A stretch of 64,000 bases of DNA from an uncultured Acidobacteriota bacterium (GTDB lineage Bacteria > Acidobacteriota > Terriglobia > Acidiferrales > UBA7541): positions 14,263-78,262 of the forward strand of contig CAWHGI010000011.1 in the NCBI GenBank assembly GCA_963828865.1, given 5' to 3'. Of the stretch, positions 1 to 9,705 are shown in pieces (the stretch's first letter is position 1; each line of letters begins with the position of its first letter). The notes under the pieces were generated by a model, which made no database searches, was not told the origin of the DNA, and saw only the letters and a list, made by a program, of their open reading frames with translations. Position numbers and translations under genes: made by a program.

Positions 1-1819
1 TGCTTTTCAGAAGCATCAGCACGCCATCATCGAAGCAGGCACCGGTACCGGGAAAACTCTCGCCTACCTGATCCCAGCGATTCGCAGCGGGCGCCGCGTG
101 ATGATTTCCACCGCCACCAAATCCCTGCAGGAGCAATTGTTCAATAAGGATGTGCCCTTTCTGCAGAAGCATTTCGCGCCGAACCTCAAAGCCGCGCTAA
201 TGAAAGGCCGCAACAATTTCCTCTGCCGCCAGAAAGTTCATCAAATCGAAGGCCAGGCAGTGCTGAAGGGCATTGACGAAGTCGACTGGTTCGCCCAGAT
301 CAAAGATTGGGAAAAGCTCACGGAAACCGGCGACCGCTCCGAGCTCACGTTTTTACCGGATGACGCCGACCTGTGGCATCGCATTGACGCGCGCAGCGAC
401 CTCTGCACCGGGCAGAAGTGCCCCGAGTTCAACACCTGCTTCATCACCGCGATGCACCAGCACGCGCAGGAAGCCGACCTGATCATCGTGAACCATCATT
501 TATTTTTTGCGGACCTGGCCATTCGGCAGGACGATTTCGGCTCGATCCTGCCGGAATATTCCGCAGTGGTCTTCGACGAAGCCCACGAAATCGAGGACGT
601 CGCCAGCGATTATTTCGGCCGCCGCGTTTCCAGCTATCAATTCGAAGAGCTGATGCGCGACACCGAAGCAATGCTGCGCATCCTGAAAATCGAAGCCACG
701 CCATTGCGGAAACACCTGATGCGTGTCCGCGAAAGGGCCCGCACATTTTTCGAAACGTTTCCCGAGCGCGAAGGGCGCTTTCCCTTCGGCCCCGCCGAAC
801 GCAAGTCGTTCCTGGAACGCAACCACGAAGCCTTCGACGATTTATGCGCAGCGCTGAAGCGCATCGAAGCCGAGCTTTCGGCCATGAATCCCAAACCGGA
901 AGAAGTAATCACGCTCGCTCGCCGAACCGCCGAACTGCGCCGCGAATTCGAATTTTTGCTCGAAAGCGCAGAGAAGAGCTATGTCTATTGGTACGAACGC
1001 CGCGGCAAGGGCATTATCCTCACGGCTACGCCGATTGACGTCAGCGAAGTCCTCCGCGAACAGCTGTTCGAACGGTTCGACACGGTGGTGCTTACCTCCG
1101 CGACGCTCGCCGTCGGCGGCCGCTTCGATTTCCTGAAACAACGGCTCGGCGTGATGCCCGCGAAAGAAACTGTGCTGCCGCAGGAATTCGATTTCCGCGA
1201 GCAGGCGTTGCTTTACATTCCCACGTCCATGCCCGACGTGCGCCACGAAACATTTTCCGCGCGCGCCGCGCAGGAAATCGCGAAACTGCTGGAAATTTCC
1301 AAGGGCCGCGCCTTTTGCCTCTTCACCAGCTACGCGCAGATGCGCGCGGTGCACGATTTGGTCGGCTCGCGCGTGAAGTTTCCGATGTTGCTGCAAGGGA
1401 CCGCGCCGAAATCCGCGTTGCTGGAACGCTTCCGCACCACTCCGAACGCCGTCCTTTTCGCCACGGCAAGCTTTTGGCAGGGCGTGGACGTCCCCGGCAC
1501 CCAACTTTCTTGCGTGATCATTGATAAGTTGCCGTTCGCGGTGCCCAGCGATCCCATCGTCGCGGCGCGCGTCCGAGCTCTTCAAGAAGATGGACGCAAT
1601 CCCTTCGCGGAATACCAGATTCCGGAAGCTGTCCTGGCGCTCAAGCAAGGCTTCGGCCGGCTGATTCGCTCGAAGACTGACCGCGGCATTCTAGCCATCC
1701 TCGATAACCGCATCTCGCGAATGCAGTATGGTAGAATTTTTCTTGAGTCCCTGCCCGACTACACGACCACGCAGGACATCGCAGAAGTCGCGCGCTTCAT
1801 GGAAAATCATCCGGACTGA
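1..1819 (+). CDS. dinG: DinG/XPD-family ATP-dependent DNA helicase (5' end lies outside the window)
   Basis: The frame is open from base 2. It shows Walker A AGTGTGKTLAYLIPA, a DEAH box VVFDEAHEIED, a four-Cys Fe-S region (FLCRQ...CTGQKCPEFNTCF) and C-terminal helicase motifs (WQGVDVPG, VIIDKLPF). Confidence 0.85.
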   Translation, partial: AFQKHQHAIIEAGTGTGKTLAYLIPAIRSGRRVMISTATKSLQEQLFNKDVPFLQKHFAPNLKAALMKGRNNFLCRQKVHQIEGQAVLKGIDEVDWFAQIKDWEKLTETGDRSELTFLPDDADLWHRIDARSDLCTGQKCPEFNTCFITAMHQHAQEADLIIVNHHLFFADLAIRQDDFGSILPEYSAVVFDEAHEIEDVASDYFGRRVSSYQFEELMRDTEAMLRILKIEATPLRKHLMRVRERARTFFETFPEREGRFPFGPAERKSFLERNHEAFDDLCAALKRIEAELSAMNPKPEEVITLARRTAELRREFEFLLESAEKSYVYWYERRGKGIILTATPIDVSEVLREQLFERFDTVVLTSATLAVGGRFDFLKQRLGVMPAKETVLPQEFDFREQALLYIPTSMPDVRHETFSARAAQEIAKLLEISKGRAFCLFTSYAQMRAVHDLVGSRVKFPMLLQGTAPKSALLERFRTTPNAVLFATASFWQGVDVPGTQLSCVIIDKLPFAVPSDPIVAARVRALQEDGRNPFAEYQIPEAVLALKQGFGRLIRSKTDRGILAILDNRISRMQYGRIFLESLPDYTTTQDIAEVARFMENHPD

Positions 1820-1910
1820 CGCGTGACACCGACGCTGCGGCGGTGACGGGCGCTTGGAAACGGGCGCGGTCGGGCATGCTCTAGCGGCGTCAATTCAATA
1901 AGGATGGCTG

Positions 1911-2285
1911 ATGTACGAAGTCAGTGTGGATGAAACATTCGCGGCGGCGCACAATCTGCGCGGCTACAAGGGAAAGTGTGAGGACCTGCACGGGCACAAT
2001 TACAAAGTGCGCGTCACTCTCGCCGGCGCGGAACTCGACTCGGTGGGGCTGCTCTACGATTTCGTCCATTTGAAACAGGTGATTCAGGGCGTAATTCGTT
2101 CGCTCGATCACAAATACTTGAATGAGTTGAAGCCGTTCGATGTGTTGAATCCGTCGGCGGAAAACATCGCAAAACATATTTACGACGAGGCGGCGAAGCA
2201 CATGCGTGAAACTCCGAACGGCGCTGCCATTTCGAGCATCACGGTGTGGGAATCGGACGTGACGGCTGCGACATATCGTCCGTAA
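1911..2285 (+). CDS. queD: 6-carboxy-5,6,7,8-tetrahydropterin synthase
   Basis: 124 aa with FAAAHNLRGY...CEDLHGHNYKV, typical of the QueD/PTPS family. An AAGGA RBS lies upstream, and queE and queC follow. Confidence 0.9.
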   Translation: MYEVSVDETFAAAHNLRGYKGKCEDLHGHNYKVRVTLAGAELDSVGLLYDFVHLKQVIQGVIRSLDHKYLNELKPFDVLNPSAENIAKHIYDEAAKHMRETPNGAAISSITVWESDVTAATYRP

Positions 2286-2315
2286 TCGCGCGGCCCAAAG
2301 AAAGAGCAATCGAAA

Positions 2316-2516
2316 ATGAACCGAGCGTTCCTCATCATTTTGGTTCCGTTCATTGTAGTCACCATCTTCTGGCTGACGCTGGGATGGGGATGGCACACCG
2401 CGGTAATCGGCGGCTGTCTCAAGATTGCCATCACCGTTGCGGTCGCCATATTTATCTCGCGGCGTCAAGCCGCCCGCTCGCATGCTGGTTCGGGAGACTC
2501 CTCAGCGAGCCGCTAG
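2316..2516 (+). CDS. Small two-helix membrane protein, function unknown
   Basis: 66 aa with two hydrophobic stretches (FLIILVPFIVVTIFWLTLGW, GGCLKIAITVAVAIFI). It sits between queD and queE. I recognise no homology. Confidence 0.4.
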   Translation: MNRAFLIILVPFIVVTIFWLTLGWGWHTAVIGGCLKIAITVAVAIFISRRQAARSHAGSGDSSASR

Positions 2517-2533
2517 CCGGAAGAATTTCTGCC

Positions 2534-3211
2534 ATGGTCATCACCGAAATATTCAAATCCATTCAAGGCGAGGGTACCCGCGCAGGTTTGCCGTGTATTT
2601 TTGTGCGGCTCACTGGGTGCAATCTGCGCTGTATATGGTGCGACACGGCCTACGCATTTCATGGCGGCACGAAGCAATCGACCGAAGAAGTCGTCGATCG
2701 CGTGCACACGCTCGCGGGCGACGGCATGCATCGCACGACGCTCGTGGAGATCACCGGCGGCGAACCGCTCTTGCAGCCAGAAGCGCCGACGCTAGCCCGA
2801 GAGCTGTTGGCGGCAGGCTACACCGTGATGATTGAAACCAGCGGCGAACGGCCGGTGGGCGCACTTCCGCGCGAAGTAATCAAGATCGTAGATGTAAAGT
2901 GCCCGGATTCCGGTGAGCCGGACACGTTTGACACGGCGAATCTGGAAGCCGTGGATGAGAAAGATGAAATCAAATTCGTTATCTCCACGCGCCGCGACTA
3001 CGAATTCGCGCGGGATTTCACGCGCGAGCATGGCCTCGCAACGCGCGTCCACCAGGTTCTTTTCTCCCCCGTTTTTCCTGATCCCGCGGGAAAATGGGAT
3101 GGGCTGAATGCCCGCGAGCTTGCCGAATGGATTCTTGCGGACGGTTTGCCGGTGCGCCTCGGCCTGCAATTGCACAAATTTATTTGGGATCCGGCGATGA
3201 AGGGCGTCTGA
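2534..3211 (+). CDS. queE: 7-carboxy-7-deazaguanine synthase (radical SAM)
   Basis: The internal ATG at 2534 gives MVITEIFKSIQGEGTRAGLPCIFVRLTGCNLRCIWCDT, the QueE N-terminus with a CxxxCxxC motif. The longer tracked ORF (2246) overlaps queD and looks spurious upstream of 2534. Confidence 0.9.
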   Translation: MVITEIFKSIQGEGTRAGLPCIFVRLTGCNLRCIWCDTAYAFHGGTKQSTEEVVDRVHTLAGDGMHRTTLVEITGGEPLLQPEAPTLARELLAAGYTVMIETSGERPVGALPREVIKIVDVKCPDSGEPDTFDTANLEAVDEKDEIKFVISTRRDYEFARDFTREHGLATRVHQVLFSPVFPDPAGKWDGLNARELAEWILADGLPVRLGLQLHKFIWDPAMKGV

Positions 3212-3222
3212 AGATCTGAAAA

Positions 3223-3924
3223 ATGGCTGCGCATGAAAAACCAAAAGCCGTGGTGCTGCTGAGCGGGGGCATGGACTCCTGCGTTACGGCCGCGATTGCG
3301 AATCAAACGCATCGCCTCGCGGCCCTGCACGTGAGTTATGCCCAGCGCACCGAGCGGCGCGAACGCCGAGCCTTTGAAGAGGTCGCGGACTACTACGGTA
3401 TCCGCGAACGCATGGCTATCCGCCTGGATTCCTTCGCGCAGATCGGCGGCTCGGCGTTAATTGACGAGCGCATCACAGTGCCCGAATCCGGCGCCGCGCT
3501 CGCACACGATGCCGGAATTCCCATCACCTACGTGCCCTTCCGCAACGCGCATTTTCTATCTGCGGCGGTGAGCTGGGCGGAGGTGATCGGCGCCGCCGCA
3601 ATTTTCATCGGCGCTGTGGCGGAAGATAGCTCAGGCTATCCGGATTGCCGCCCGGAGTATTACCGCGCATTCGACGAGTTGATTAAGCAAGGAACGAGGC
3701 CGGAAACGCATATCGAAATCGTCACGCCAGTAATCGCCTTGAAAAAAAGCGAAATCGTGCGCCGCGGCCTGGAACTCGCCGCGCCCCTCGACCGCACCTG
3801 GTCCTGCTATCAATTCGAAGACGAAGCCTGCGGAATGTGCGATAGTTGCCGGTTGCGCCTGCGGGCGTTTGCCGAGGCTGGATTGCCTGACCCTATCGCT
3901 TATCGGGTGCGAGTTAGGCAATAA
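3223..3924 (+). CDS. queC: 7-cyano-7-deazaguanine synthase
   Basis: PP-loop VVLLSGGMDS and a C-terminal Zn-binding Cys cluster CYQFEDEACGMCDSCRLR. Confidence 0.9.
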   Translation: MAAHEKPKAVVLLSGGMDSCVTAAIANQTHRLAALHVSYAQRTERRERRAFEEVADYYGIRERMAIRLDSFAQIGGSALIDERITVPESGAALAHDAGIPITYVPFRNAHFLSAAVSWAEVIGAAAIFIGAVAEDSSGYPDCRPEYYRAFDELIKQGTRPETHIEIVTPVIALKKSEIVRRGLELAAPLDRTWSCYQFEDEACGMCDSCRLRLRAFAEAGLPDPIAYRVRVRQ

Positions 3925-3961
3925 TAGCCGCCGCAATTTTAGCGTTGGAGGAACCACACAC

Positions 3962-5113
3962 ATGCGAAAGATGATTTTCATTCTGGGAGCCTGGATGCTG
4001 GTCGTGTTGTTCGCCGGCGGCGCGCGCGCGCAGGGAACGGCCCGAGTGAATGGAGAAATTCTGGACAAAGAGGGCAAGCCGATGGTTGGCGCCACGGTCC
4101 TGTTCAAGGATCCGGATACGGGACAGGTCTATACGGAAAAAACCGATAAGAACGGGAAATTCGTGCAGTTGGGAATGCGCGGCGGAGTCTACGCCGTCAC
4201 GCTGCCGGATTTGAATTACACCGAGAAGTATCAGGTTCAGGACGGCCAGGAAAATAATTACAAGCTGGATCTCAAAGCATTAGTCGCCAGCGGAGCCGTG
4301 GCCAATCCGGACGCCGAGAAAAAGAAAGAAGAAGCGGAAAACAAGTTCAAGGCCATGAAGGTGCATTTCGACGCTGGCGTCGCCTCCATGGCCACCGCCG
4401 ACAACCTCAAAACGCAACTAAAAACAGCGCCGGCGGACCAGAAGGCGACTCTGCAATCGCAACGCACCGCCGCTTGCCAGGCCGCCGCCGCGGATTTCAA
4501 GCAGGCCGAAGAAGGCGTCGGTGAAAAAGACGTCAACAACCACTCGATGATTTTGGGCAACTTGGGCGCGGCCAGCGAATGCGCCGGAAATCATGAGGAC
4601 GCCGCCACCGCATTTCAAAAAGCCTCTGACCTGAAGCCCAGCGCCAACTATTACACCGGGCTCGCCACCAATCTTGCTGACGTCGGCGCGTCCACGACAG
4701 ATCCCACCGCCGCCGCGGCAAAATTCACCGACGCCAGCGCCGCCTGCGACAAAGCCATCGCCCTCGACCCTGCCGCCGGCTCCACTTGCTGGAAAAATCT
4801 CGGCATCATCCTCAGCAACAAAGGCCGTATGAAGGAAGCAATAGTGCCGCTGCAAAAAGCGAGCCAAGCTAATCCCAAGGATCAATTGACCTGGTACATG
4901 CTCGGCAGCGCGCTGACGGCGACAATCGACACCAAGGAAGAAGGCGGCAAGATGGACTACATCATCCCGCCCGGCACGGCGGACGCGTACCAGAAGTGCA
5001 TTGATTTGGGAGCGGACGACCCGGTCGGAAAGCAATGCAAAGAGGCGCTCGATGGGCTGGTGGCCATGAACGGCGGCCAGGACCTGTCAGTGGGTAAAAG
5101 AAAGAAAAAATAA
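3962..5113 (+). CDS. Secreted protein with a carboxypeptidase-regulatory-like domain and TPR repeats
   Basis: The ATG at 3962 gives the signal peptide MRKMIFILGAWMLVVLFAGGARAQG. A CarboxypepD_reg-like segment follows (GEILDKEGKPMVGATVLFKD...TDKNGKF...GGVYAVT). The C-terminal half is Ala-rich and TPR-like. Confidence 0.6.
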   Translation: MRKMIFILGAWMLVVLFAGGARAQGTARVNGEILDKEGKPMVGATVLFKDPDTGQVYTEKTDKNGKFVQLGMRGGVYAVTLPDLNYTEKYQVQDGQENNYKLDLKALVASGAVANPDAEKKKEEAENKFKAMKVHFDAGVASMATADNLKTQLKTAPADQKATLQSQRTAACQAAAADFKQAEEGVGEKDVNNHSMILGNLGAASECAGNHEDAATAFQKASDLKPSANYYTGLATNLADVGASTTDPTAAAAKFTDASAACDKAIALDPAAGSTCWKNLGIILSNKGRMKEAIVPLQKASQANPKDQLTWYMLGSALTATIDTKEEGGKMDYIIPPGTADAYQKCIDLGADDPVGKQCKEALDGLVAMNGGQDLSVGKRKKK

Positions 5114-5249
5114 GCCATTTTCCGGAAGGCAGGCGGCACTTTGAACCAACGGAGCGGCGCCTCACTTTTTTCCACAATATTTATTTTCGCCGTGCTTTCT
5201 TTTCTCGATTCGCGGTTGCAACAGTGCTATTCTCTCGCGCATCATCAGA

Positions 5250-7985
5250 GTGAACCAGGCACGGCGTCGGGCAATCTTCATGGAAACCGGTGCAGCAGTG
5301 GACTCGAACCAACCCAGCACGGAACGCCGCCGCAGTGGACGTATCCTCGAATCACTGCCGCTGACCGTCCGCGGAATTGATCTTCTAGGCCAGCCCTTCG
5401 AAGAACGCAGCACCACCCTCGCGTTCAACTTGCACGGTTGCCGCTACACCTCCAAACATCACCTGCCTCGAAACACCTGGGTCACGTTGGACCTGTCGCA
5501 CAGCGCCGCACCGCCGCACACGACAACGGGCCCCGAGCATCTTTCGCAGTTACGTGCCAGGGTCGCCTGGGTGCAACGGCCCCATTCGATCCGTGATTTT
5601 TTCCAGATTGCCGTCGAACTGGAAACCCCAGCCAACGTTTGGGGGCTCGATAATCCTCCGGACGATTGGATCCGCGCGGAGCAGGCGGCTCACTCCCCGC
5701 TCGCTTCGGACACCGCTGGCGACATGCACGCGTATCCGTCTGAGCATTCCCAACAAAAGACCGCAACAGCAAGTCACCATGCATTTATGGATACCCTTAT
5801 GACCGACCCAAGGTTTGATGCCTCTGCATTCCCGTCTGAGCCCGAAGCTGCAACCCAAACTTTGTCTACGGAAGCGACGCCCGCATCTGATAGCCCGCTT
5901 CTGCGCGAGCTGCGCGCGGAGTTGGACCGCCAGGCCAAAGAATCGGTGGCAGCCGCCGCCGATCAAGCGCGCGAGGACGTCTTGCGCACCGCCGAAGAGA
6001 CCGACCGCAGGCGCACTGCAAGCGCCGAAGAACTTTTCGCCAAGTGGAAGTCCGAGATCGAGCAACTACAATCCGGCGCGCGGGAAGAATTCGTCTCGCA
6101 AGCGTCCGCAAAGCAGGAACAGGTTCTTCGGGACCTGCATTCCGAATTTGAAGGCAAACTCGCGCAGGCGCGCGAGTTGATGGGCCAAATTTCGGAGCAG
6201 GCTAGCGCATTGCGCTCCGAAAGCGACGCGGCTCGACAAGCCACCATGCAAGTGGCGCAAGCGCTGTTGCAATTGGAAGCGGTGGACGCCGCTCGCGCAA
6301 CGCGGCCGGCGGAAGCGCCCAAAGCGGATCTCGAGGCTCGCGATGGCGCCACGGGCGAATGGCGGCAGCGGCTGGAAGCGGAAATGTTAGTCGCGCAGGG
6401 GCAGTGGAACGAGCTCTTGCAATCGTCCCTGGACAGCAATCTGCGCCGGATGGTCGAGCAGCTATCGCAGCGGTCCCAGGAAGTCCTGCAAGTCGCGGAA
6501 CACCGCATGACCGAGCGTCTGGGAGAATTGCGCCAGCCGTTCGCACAAGCCGCCGCCGAAGCGCGCGATACATTTACGAGCATTCAATCCTCGCTCGATC
6601 AAGAAGTGGCGAAGGCCCGCGAATCTCTCGCCGCGGTTGAATTGGTGGCCCACCGCACCAAGGAGCTGTCCGCACAATTGGAAGCCGCGAGCCACGACAC
6701 GGTGAATGAACTCCATCGCCGGCTGGAAAAAATCCTGGACGCGCAGACCATGGAGATGAATCGCAGGGCAGAGAGCATTTTGGCGGGAATTCCACAGCGC
6801 GTCGGGCCGGCCCTCGATTCACTGAGCCACCACTTCCTCGAGCGCATGTCCGGGGAGGCGGAAGCCAGGCTGGCGCCGCATCTGCAGCGCGTGCCCGCGC
6901 TGCTCCACGAACTCTCCGCACGCGAAGTTGAAGTCGAAGAGAGCTTGCGCCTCCACCGCGAACGCCTGCGCCAGGTTTCCGAGAAAAATCAGCGGGAAGT
7001 GGCCGCGCAGATGGCGACGACCTTGAGCGGCGTCCAGGAAGATTTTGAAGCGGCGCGCAAGGAAGCCCTCACGAAGTGGGCGGCGGAAATCGACGCCAGC
7101 GGAGTTCGCGCGGCCCACGCCGCCGGCGAATCCATCGGACACACATCTGAATGGCTGCAGCAGGAAGCCCGCGCGCGACTGCAGGCACACGTCGAACAAT
7201 CGCTCGTCACGGCCAGTGCCGGCCTGGAAGGGAAAACCGCGGAAGCCGCGCAAAAATTCGAAGCCCAGCTCGCCTCCCAAACCGAGGCACACCTCGCGCA
7301 GATCCGTTCGCAGGTGGAAAGTGTCGCAGGCGAAGTTACGGGCCGCGCTCGCAGCGAACTCGATCGCGCGGCCGAAGCCGCGGCTGCGTCGTTTGGACAA
7401 GTGCTGCACGAATTGTCGGAGCGTGAATCCACTCAGTTCGCCGCGGACTCCAGCGCCACGCGCCGCGAGCGCACCGAGGAATTCGATCGTTCCACGCAGG
7501 AATTGCTGCACCAACTGGACGTCAATGCCTGGTCATCCGTTGAACGCTTCCGTTCACAGATGGCTTCGCAGGTGGAGTCGAGCGTCAACGAAGGACGCGC
7601 GGCCTTAAGCTCCGAGCTCGCATCGTCAATGGAAGGCTACCGCGCCGAACGCGATTCGCATCAGCAAGAATGGCTGGCGAATCTCGATCGCCTGAGCGGG
7701 GAAGCCTCCGGCCGCTTTCAGGAAAAGCTCCAGAGCACGGCCGATTCGTGGGTCGTAGGTTCGGTGCGCCGCCTCAATGAACACGGCCAGAACAGCATCG
7801 AATCGCTGCTACGCTCCGCCGACCAGGCCCTGCGCGATTCCTGCTCCAAAGTCTTCGAAGGCCTGGCGGAAACGCTCCGCGAACGCGCCACCAATGCCGC
7901 CGGTGCCGGAAACGTCGCGGGCTTCTCCGCCATTCCCAATCGCGATTCCACCGAAAATTCCGGTCCACGCAACGAAGCAATTTAA
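5250..7985 (+). CDS. PilZ-like N-terminal domain fused to a roughly 750-aa Ala/Glu/Gln-rich coiled-coil protein
   Basis: The N-terminus ERRRSGRILESLPLTVRG...TLAFNLHGCRY approximates the PilZ RxxxR and (D/N)xSxxG motifs. The remainder is uninterrupted helical low-complexity sequence. The start is either GTG 5250 or ATG 5280. Confidence 0.55.
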   Translation: MNQARRRAIFMETGAAVDSNQPSTERRRSGRILESLPLTVRGIDLLGQPFEERSTTLAFNLHGCRYTSKHHLPRNTWVTLDLSHSAAPPHTTTGPEHLSQLRARVAWVQRPHSIRDFFQIAVELETPANVWGLDNPPDDWIRAEQAAHSPLASDTAGDMHAYPSEHSQQKTATASHHAFMDTLMTDPRFDASAFPSEPEAATQTLSTEATPASDSPLLRELRAELDRQAKESVAAAADQAREDVLRTAEETDRRRTASAEELFAKWKSEIEQLQSGAREEFVSQASAKQEQVLRDLHSEFEGKLAQARELMGQISEQASALRSESDAARQATMQVAQALLQLEAVDAARATRPAEAPKADLEARDGATGEWRQRLEAEMLVAQGQWNELLQSSLDSNLRRMVEQLSQRSQEVLQVAEHRMTERLGELRQPFAQAAAEARDTFTSIQSSLDQEVAKARESLAAVELVAHRTKELSAQLEAASHDTVNELHRRLEKILDAQTMEMNRRAESILAGIPQRVGPALDSLSHHFLERMSGEAEARLAPHLQRVPALLHELSAREVEVEESLRLHRERLRQVSEKNQREVAAQMATTLSGVQEDFEAARKEALTKWAAEIDASGVRAAHAAGESIGHTSEWLQQEARARLQAHVEQSLVTASAGLEGKTAEAAQKFEAQLASQTEAHLAQIRSQVESVAGEVTGRARSELDRAAEAAAASFGQVLHELSERESTQFAADSSATRRERTEEFDRSTQELLHQLDVNAWSSVERFRSQMASQVESSVNEGRAALSSELASSMEGYRAERDSHQQEWLANLDRLSGEASGRFQEKLQSTADSWVVGSVRRLNEHGQNSIESLLRSADQALRDSCSKVFEGLAETLRERATNAAGAGNVAGFSAIPNRDSTENSGPRNEAI

Positions 7986-8055
7986 AGCGCCAACCGAAAT
8001 CCAATCGCCGCGTGGCCGGCGCCGCAGGATCGCGGATGCACTCACGAAGTCGCGC

Positions 8056-9501
8056 TTAAGCGGACGTGGCTCTGAATCTTGCGGTCTGCAACACAGCGTG
8101 GCATTCCTGTTCGAGCAACCCTAAAAGCTGGTCCATGTGTTCTTTGCGGGTGCGAAAGTTCACCGGGTTGATGCGGAACCACGATTTGCCCTTCAACTCG
8201 GTAGTCGAGATCCAGAATTTGCCGCTCTCCTCGACGCGCCGCGCAACCTCCGCATGCAGCTCCTTGGATTGCGCCTCGTCGAGCTCTGTGCCGCGATATC
8301 GTATGCAAATGGCCGACATCGGCGGCTCGCTGGCAGCTTCGAACTCGGAGTTCTTGGCTACCATCGAATAAAGATGCTTCGCCTGACGCACGTTATTGTC
8401 AATCCACTCCCCGATCTGCTTTGCACCATAGCGCTTGAAACTCATCCAAACCTTCAGCCCGCGAAAACGCCGCGATTGTTCGAAGCTGTGGACGTAATAC
8501 TGGTAACGCTCATTCGCGCGATCGAACTCGTCGGTAAGGTACGATGGTTTCATCCCGAAGGAAGCAGTCAAACGCCGGTCATCCTTCACCAGGATCGCGC
8601 CCGCATCGAGCGGCGCGTAAAACCACTTGTGCGGGTCAATCGTGATGGAGTCCGCAAGCTCCAGTCCGCAATCGCGCATCGGCCATTCGTGAGAGAGCAG
8701 CATACCGCCGCCGTAAGCGGCATCGGCGTGTAGCCACATTCCCACGCGGTCCGCAATCTCGCGAAGCTCGCGCACCGAATCCACCGCGCCGGTGTTGGTG
8801 GTACCGAAAATGCCCACAATACACATCGGACGCACCCCATTTTTCCGGTCTAGCGCGATCGCTTCTTCCAATGAATCCAGCCGCACGCGAAATTCAGCGT
8901 CGGTCGGCAAAGCGCGCAGCGCCGCACGGCCCAGACCGACAGCGTCAACCGCCTTATCCACCGAAACGTGTCGCTCTTCCGAGGCATAGACGGCCCAACG
9001 TTCCTGCACGCCGTCGTGCTGAATGCGGTCGTGCGAAACGGAATCGCGCGCCAGCTTCAGTCCAACAAAGTTCGCCATCATTCCACCGCTGGTAAGGTTT
9101 CCTCCCGCCGAGGCGTCATAGCCCACCAGGTCAGTCAGCCAACGCACCGTCCGTCGTTCCATCGCCACAGCCGCGGGCCCGATCGAATAGGCGCCAATAT
9201 TCTGATTGAGCGCCGAACAGATGAAATCCGCGATGATTCCCACCGGATTCGGCGATGGAGTGATCAGTCCCATGTAACCGGGATGCCCGACGTGCGTGCA
9301 ATACGGCAGAAGTTTTTCTTCCAGCTCCGCCAGCACTTTTTCGGGTGCGCTGGAATCTTGCGGCAGCGGCTCGGCAAAAAACTTTGTCAGGGTGCTCGGT
9401 TCCACACTCGGAAACACCGGTTTTTCTTCGATGTGCTCCAGATATTCGGCCAGCATGTCCACCACGCGGTGCCCGACTTCGCGAAATTCTCCCGGATTCA
9501 T
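8056..9501 (-). CDS. Group II PLP-dependent amino-acid decarboxylase (aromatic-L-amino-acid/DDC family)
   Basis: 481 aa with a PLP-lysine motif ITIDPHKWFYAPLDAG and a typical DDC-family N-terminus (FREVGHRVVDMLAEYL). Confidence 0.85.
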   Translation of the reverse strand: MNPGEFREVGHRVVDMLAEYLEHIEEKPVFPSVEPSTLTKFFAEPLPQDSSAPEKVLAELEEKLLPYCTHVGHPGYMGLITPSPNPVGIIADFICSALNQNIGAYSIGPAAVAMERRTVRWLTDLVGYDASAGGNLTSGGMMANFVGLKLARDSVSHDRIQHDGVQERWAVYASEERHVSVDKAVDAVGLGRAALRALPTDAEFRVRLDSLEEAIALDRKNGVRPMCIVGIFGTTNTGAVDSVRELREIADRVGMWLHADAAYGGGMLLSHEWPMRDCGLELADSITIDPHKWFYAPLDAGAILVKDDRRLTASFGMKPSYLTDEFDRANERYQYYVHSFEQSRRFRGLKVWMSFKRYGAKQIGEWIDNNVRQAKHLYSMVAKNSEFEAASEPPMSAICIRYRGTELDEAQSKELHAEVARRVEESGKFWISTTELKGKSWFRINPVNFRTRKEHMDQLLGLLEQECHAVLQTARFRATSA

Positions 9502-9705
9502 GAATTCACCTCGCCGATTGTTTGCGCCCCGTGACCATCATATCGCGTTTGCTCACCTTGACATGCTACCGGAAGAGCAGTACCGTCCACCTAGAATGTC
9601 TACTAAAGAGCATGCCGCAGGCAGCGCACTTCTGCAAGACGCCCCGGACAGGCTCGCAGGAGCAATTGCGAGCAATCCGCAGCTGACCGAGACGGAAGGC
9701 AAATC

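Noticed and set aside
842-1648. Long antisense ORFs inside well-supported genes (for example 842-1648, 5963-6583, 6819-7514, 28273-29031, 33943-35052, 36832-37527, 52522-53418, 56885-57844, 58052-59092, 60304-61251)
   Set aside because: Each lies opposite or out of frame to a gene with clear family motifs. All show Arg/Gly/Ala/Pro-biased composition, as expected for stop-poor alternative frames in GC-rich DNA.
1820-1910. Possible preQ1 riboswitch upstream of queD, expected by analogy with other que operons
   Set aside because: I could not find the conserved preQ1-I features (a short P1 stem flanking a CUAGC-like loop, and an A-rich tail pairing into the pseudoknot next to the RBS). Only a chance CTCTAGC string is present, so there is no support without a covariance-model scan.
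5114-5175. Terminator after the TPR gene, suggested by a TTTTTT run at 5165-5170
   Set aside because: Only a 5-bp imperfect stem (AGGCG/CGCCT) with a loop of more than 20 nt precedes the T-run, which is too weak to call.
9558-9597. TTGACA ... TAGAAT as a promoter for the ADOP permease
   Set aside because: The two hexamers are 28 nt apart, too far for a sigma70-type promoter, and no better -10 element sits at 16-19 nt.
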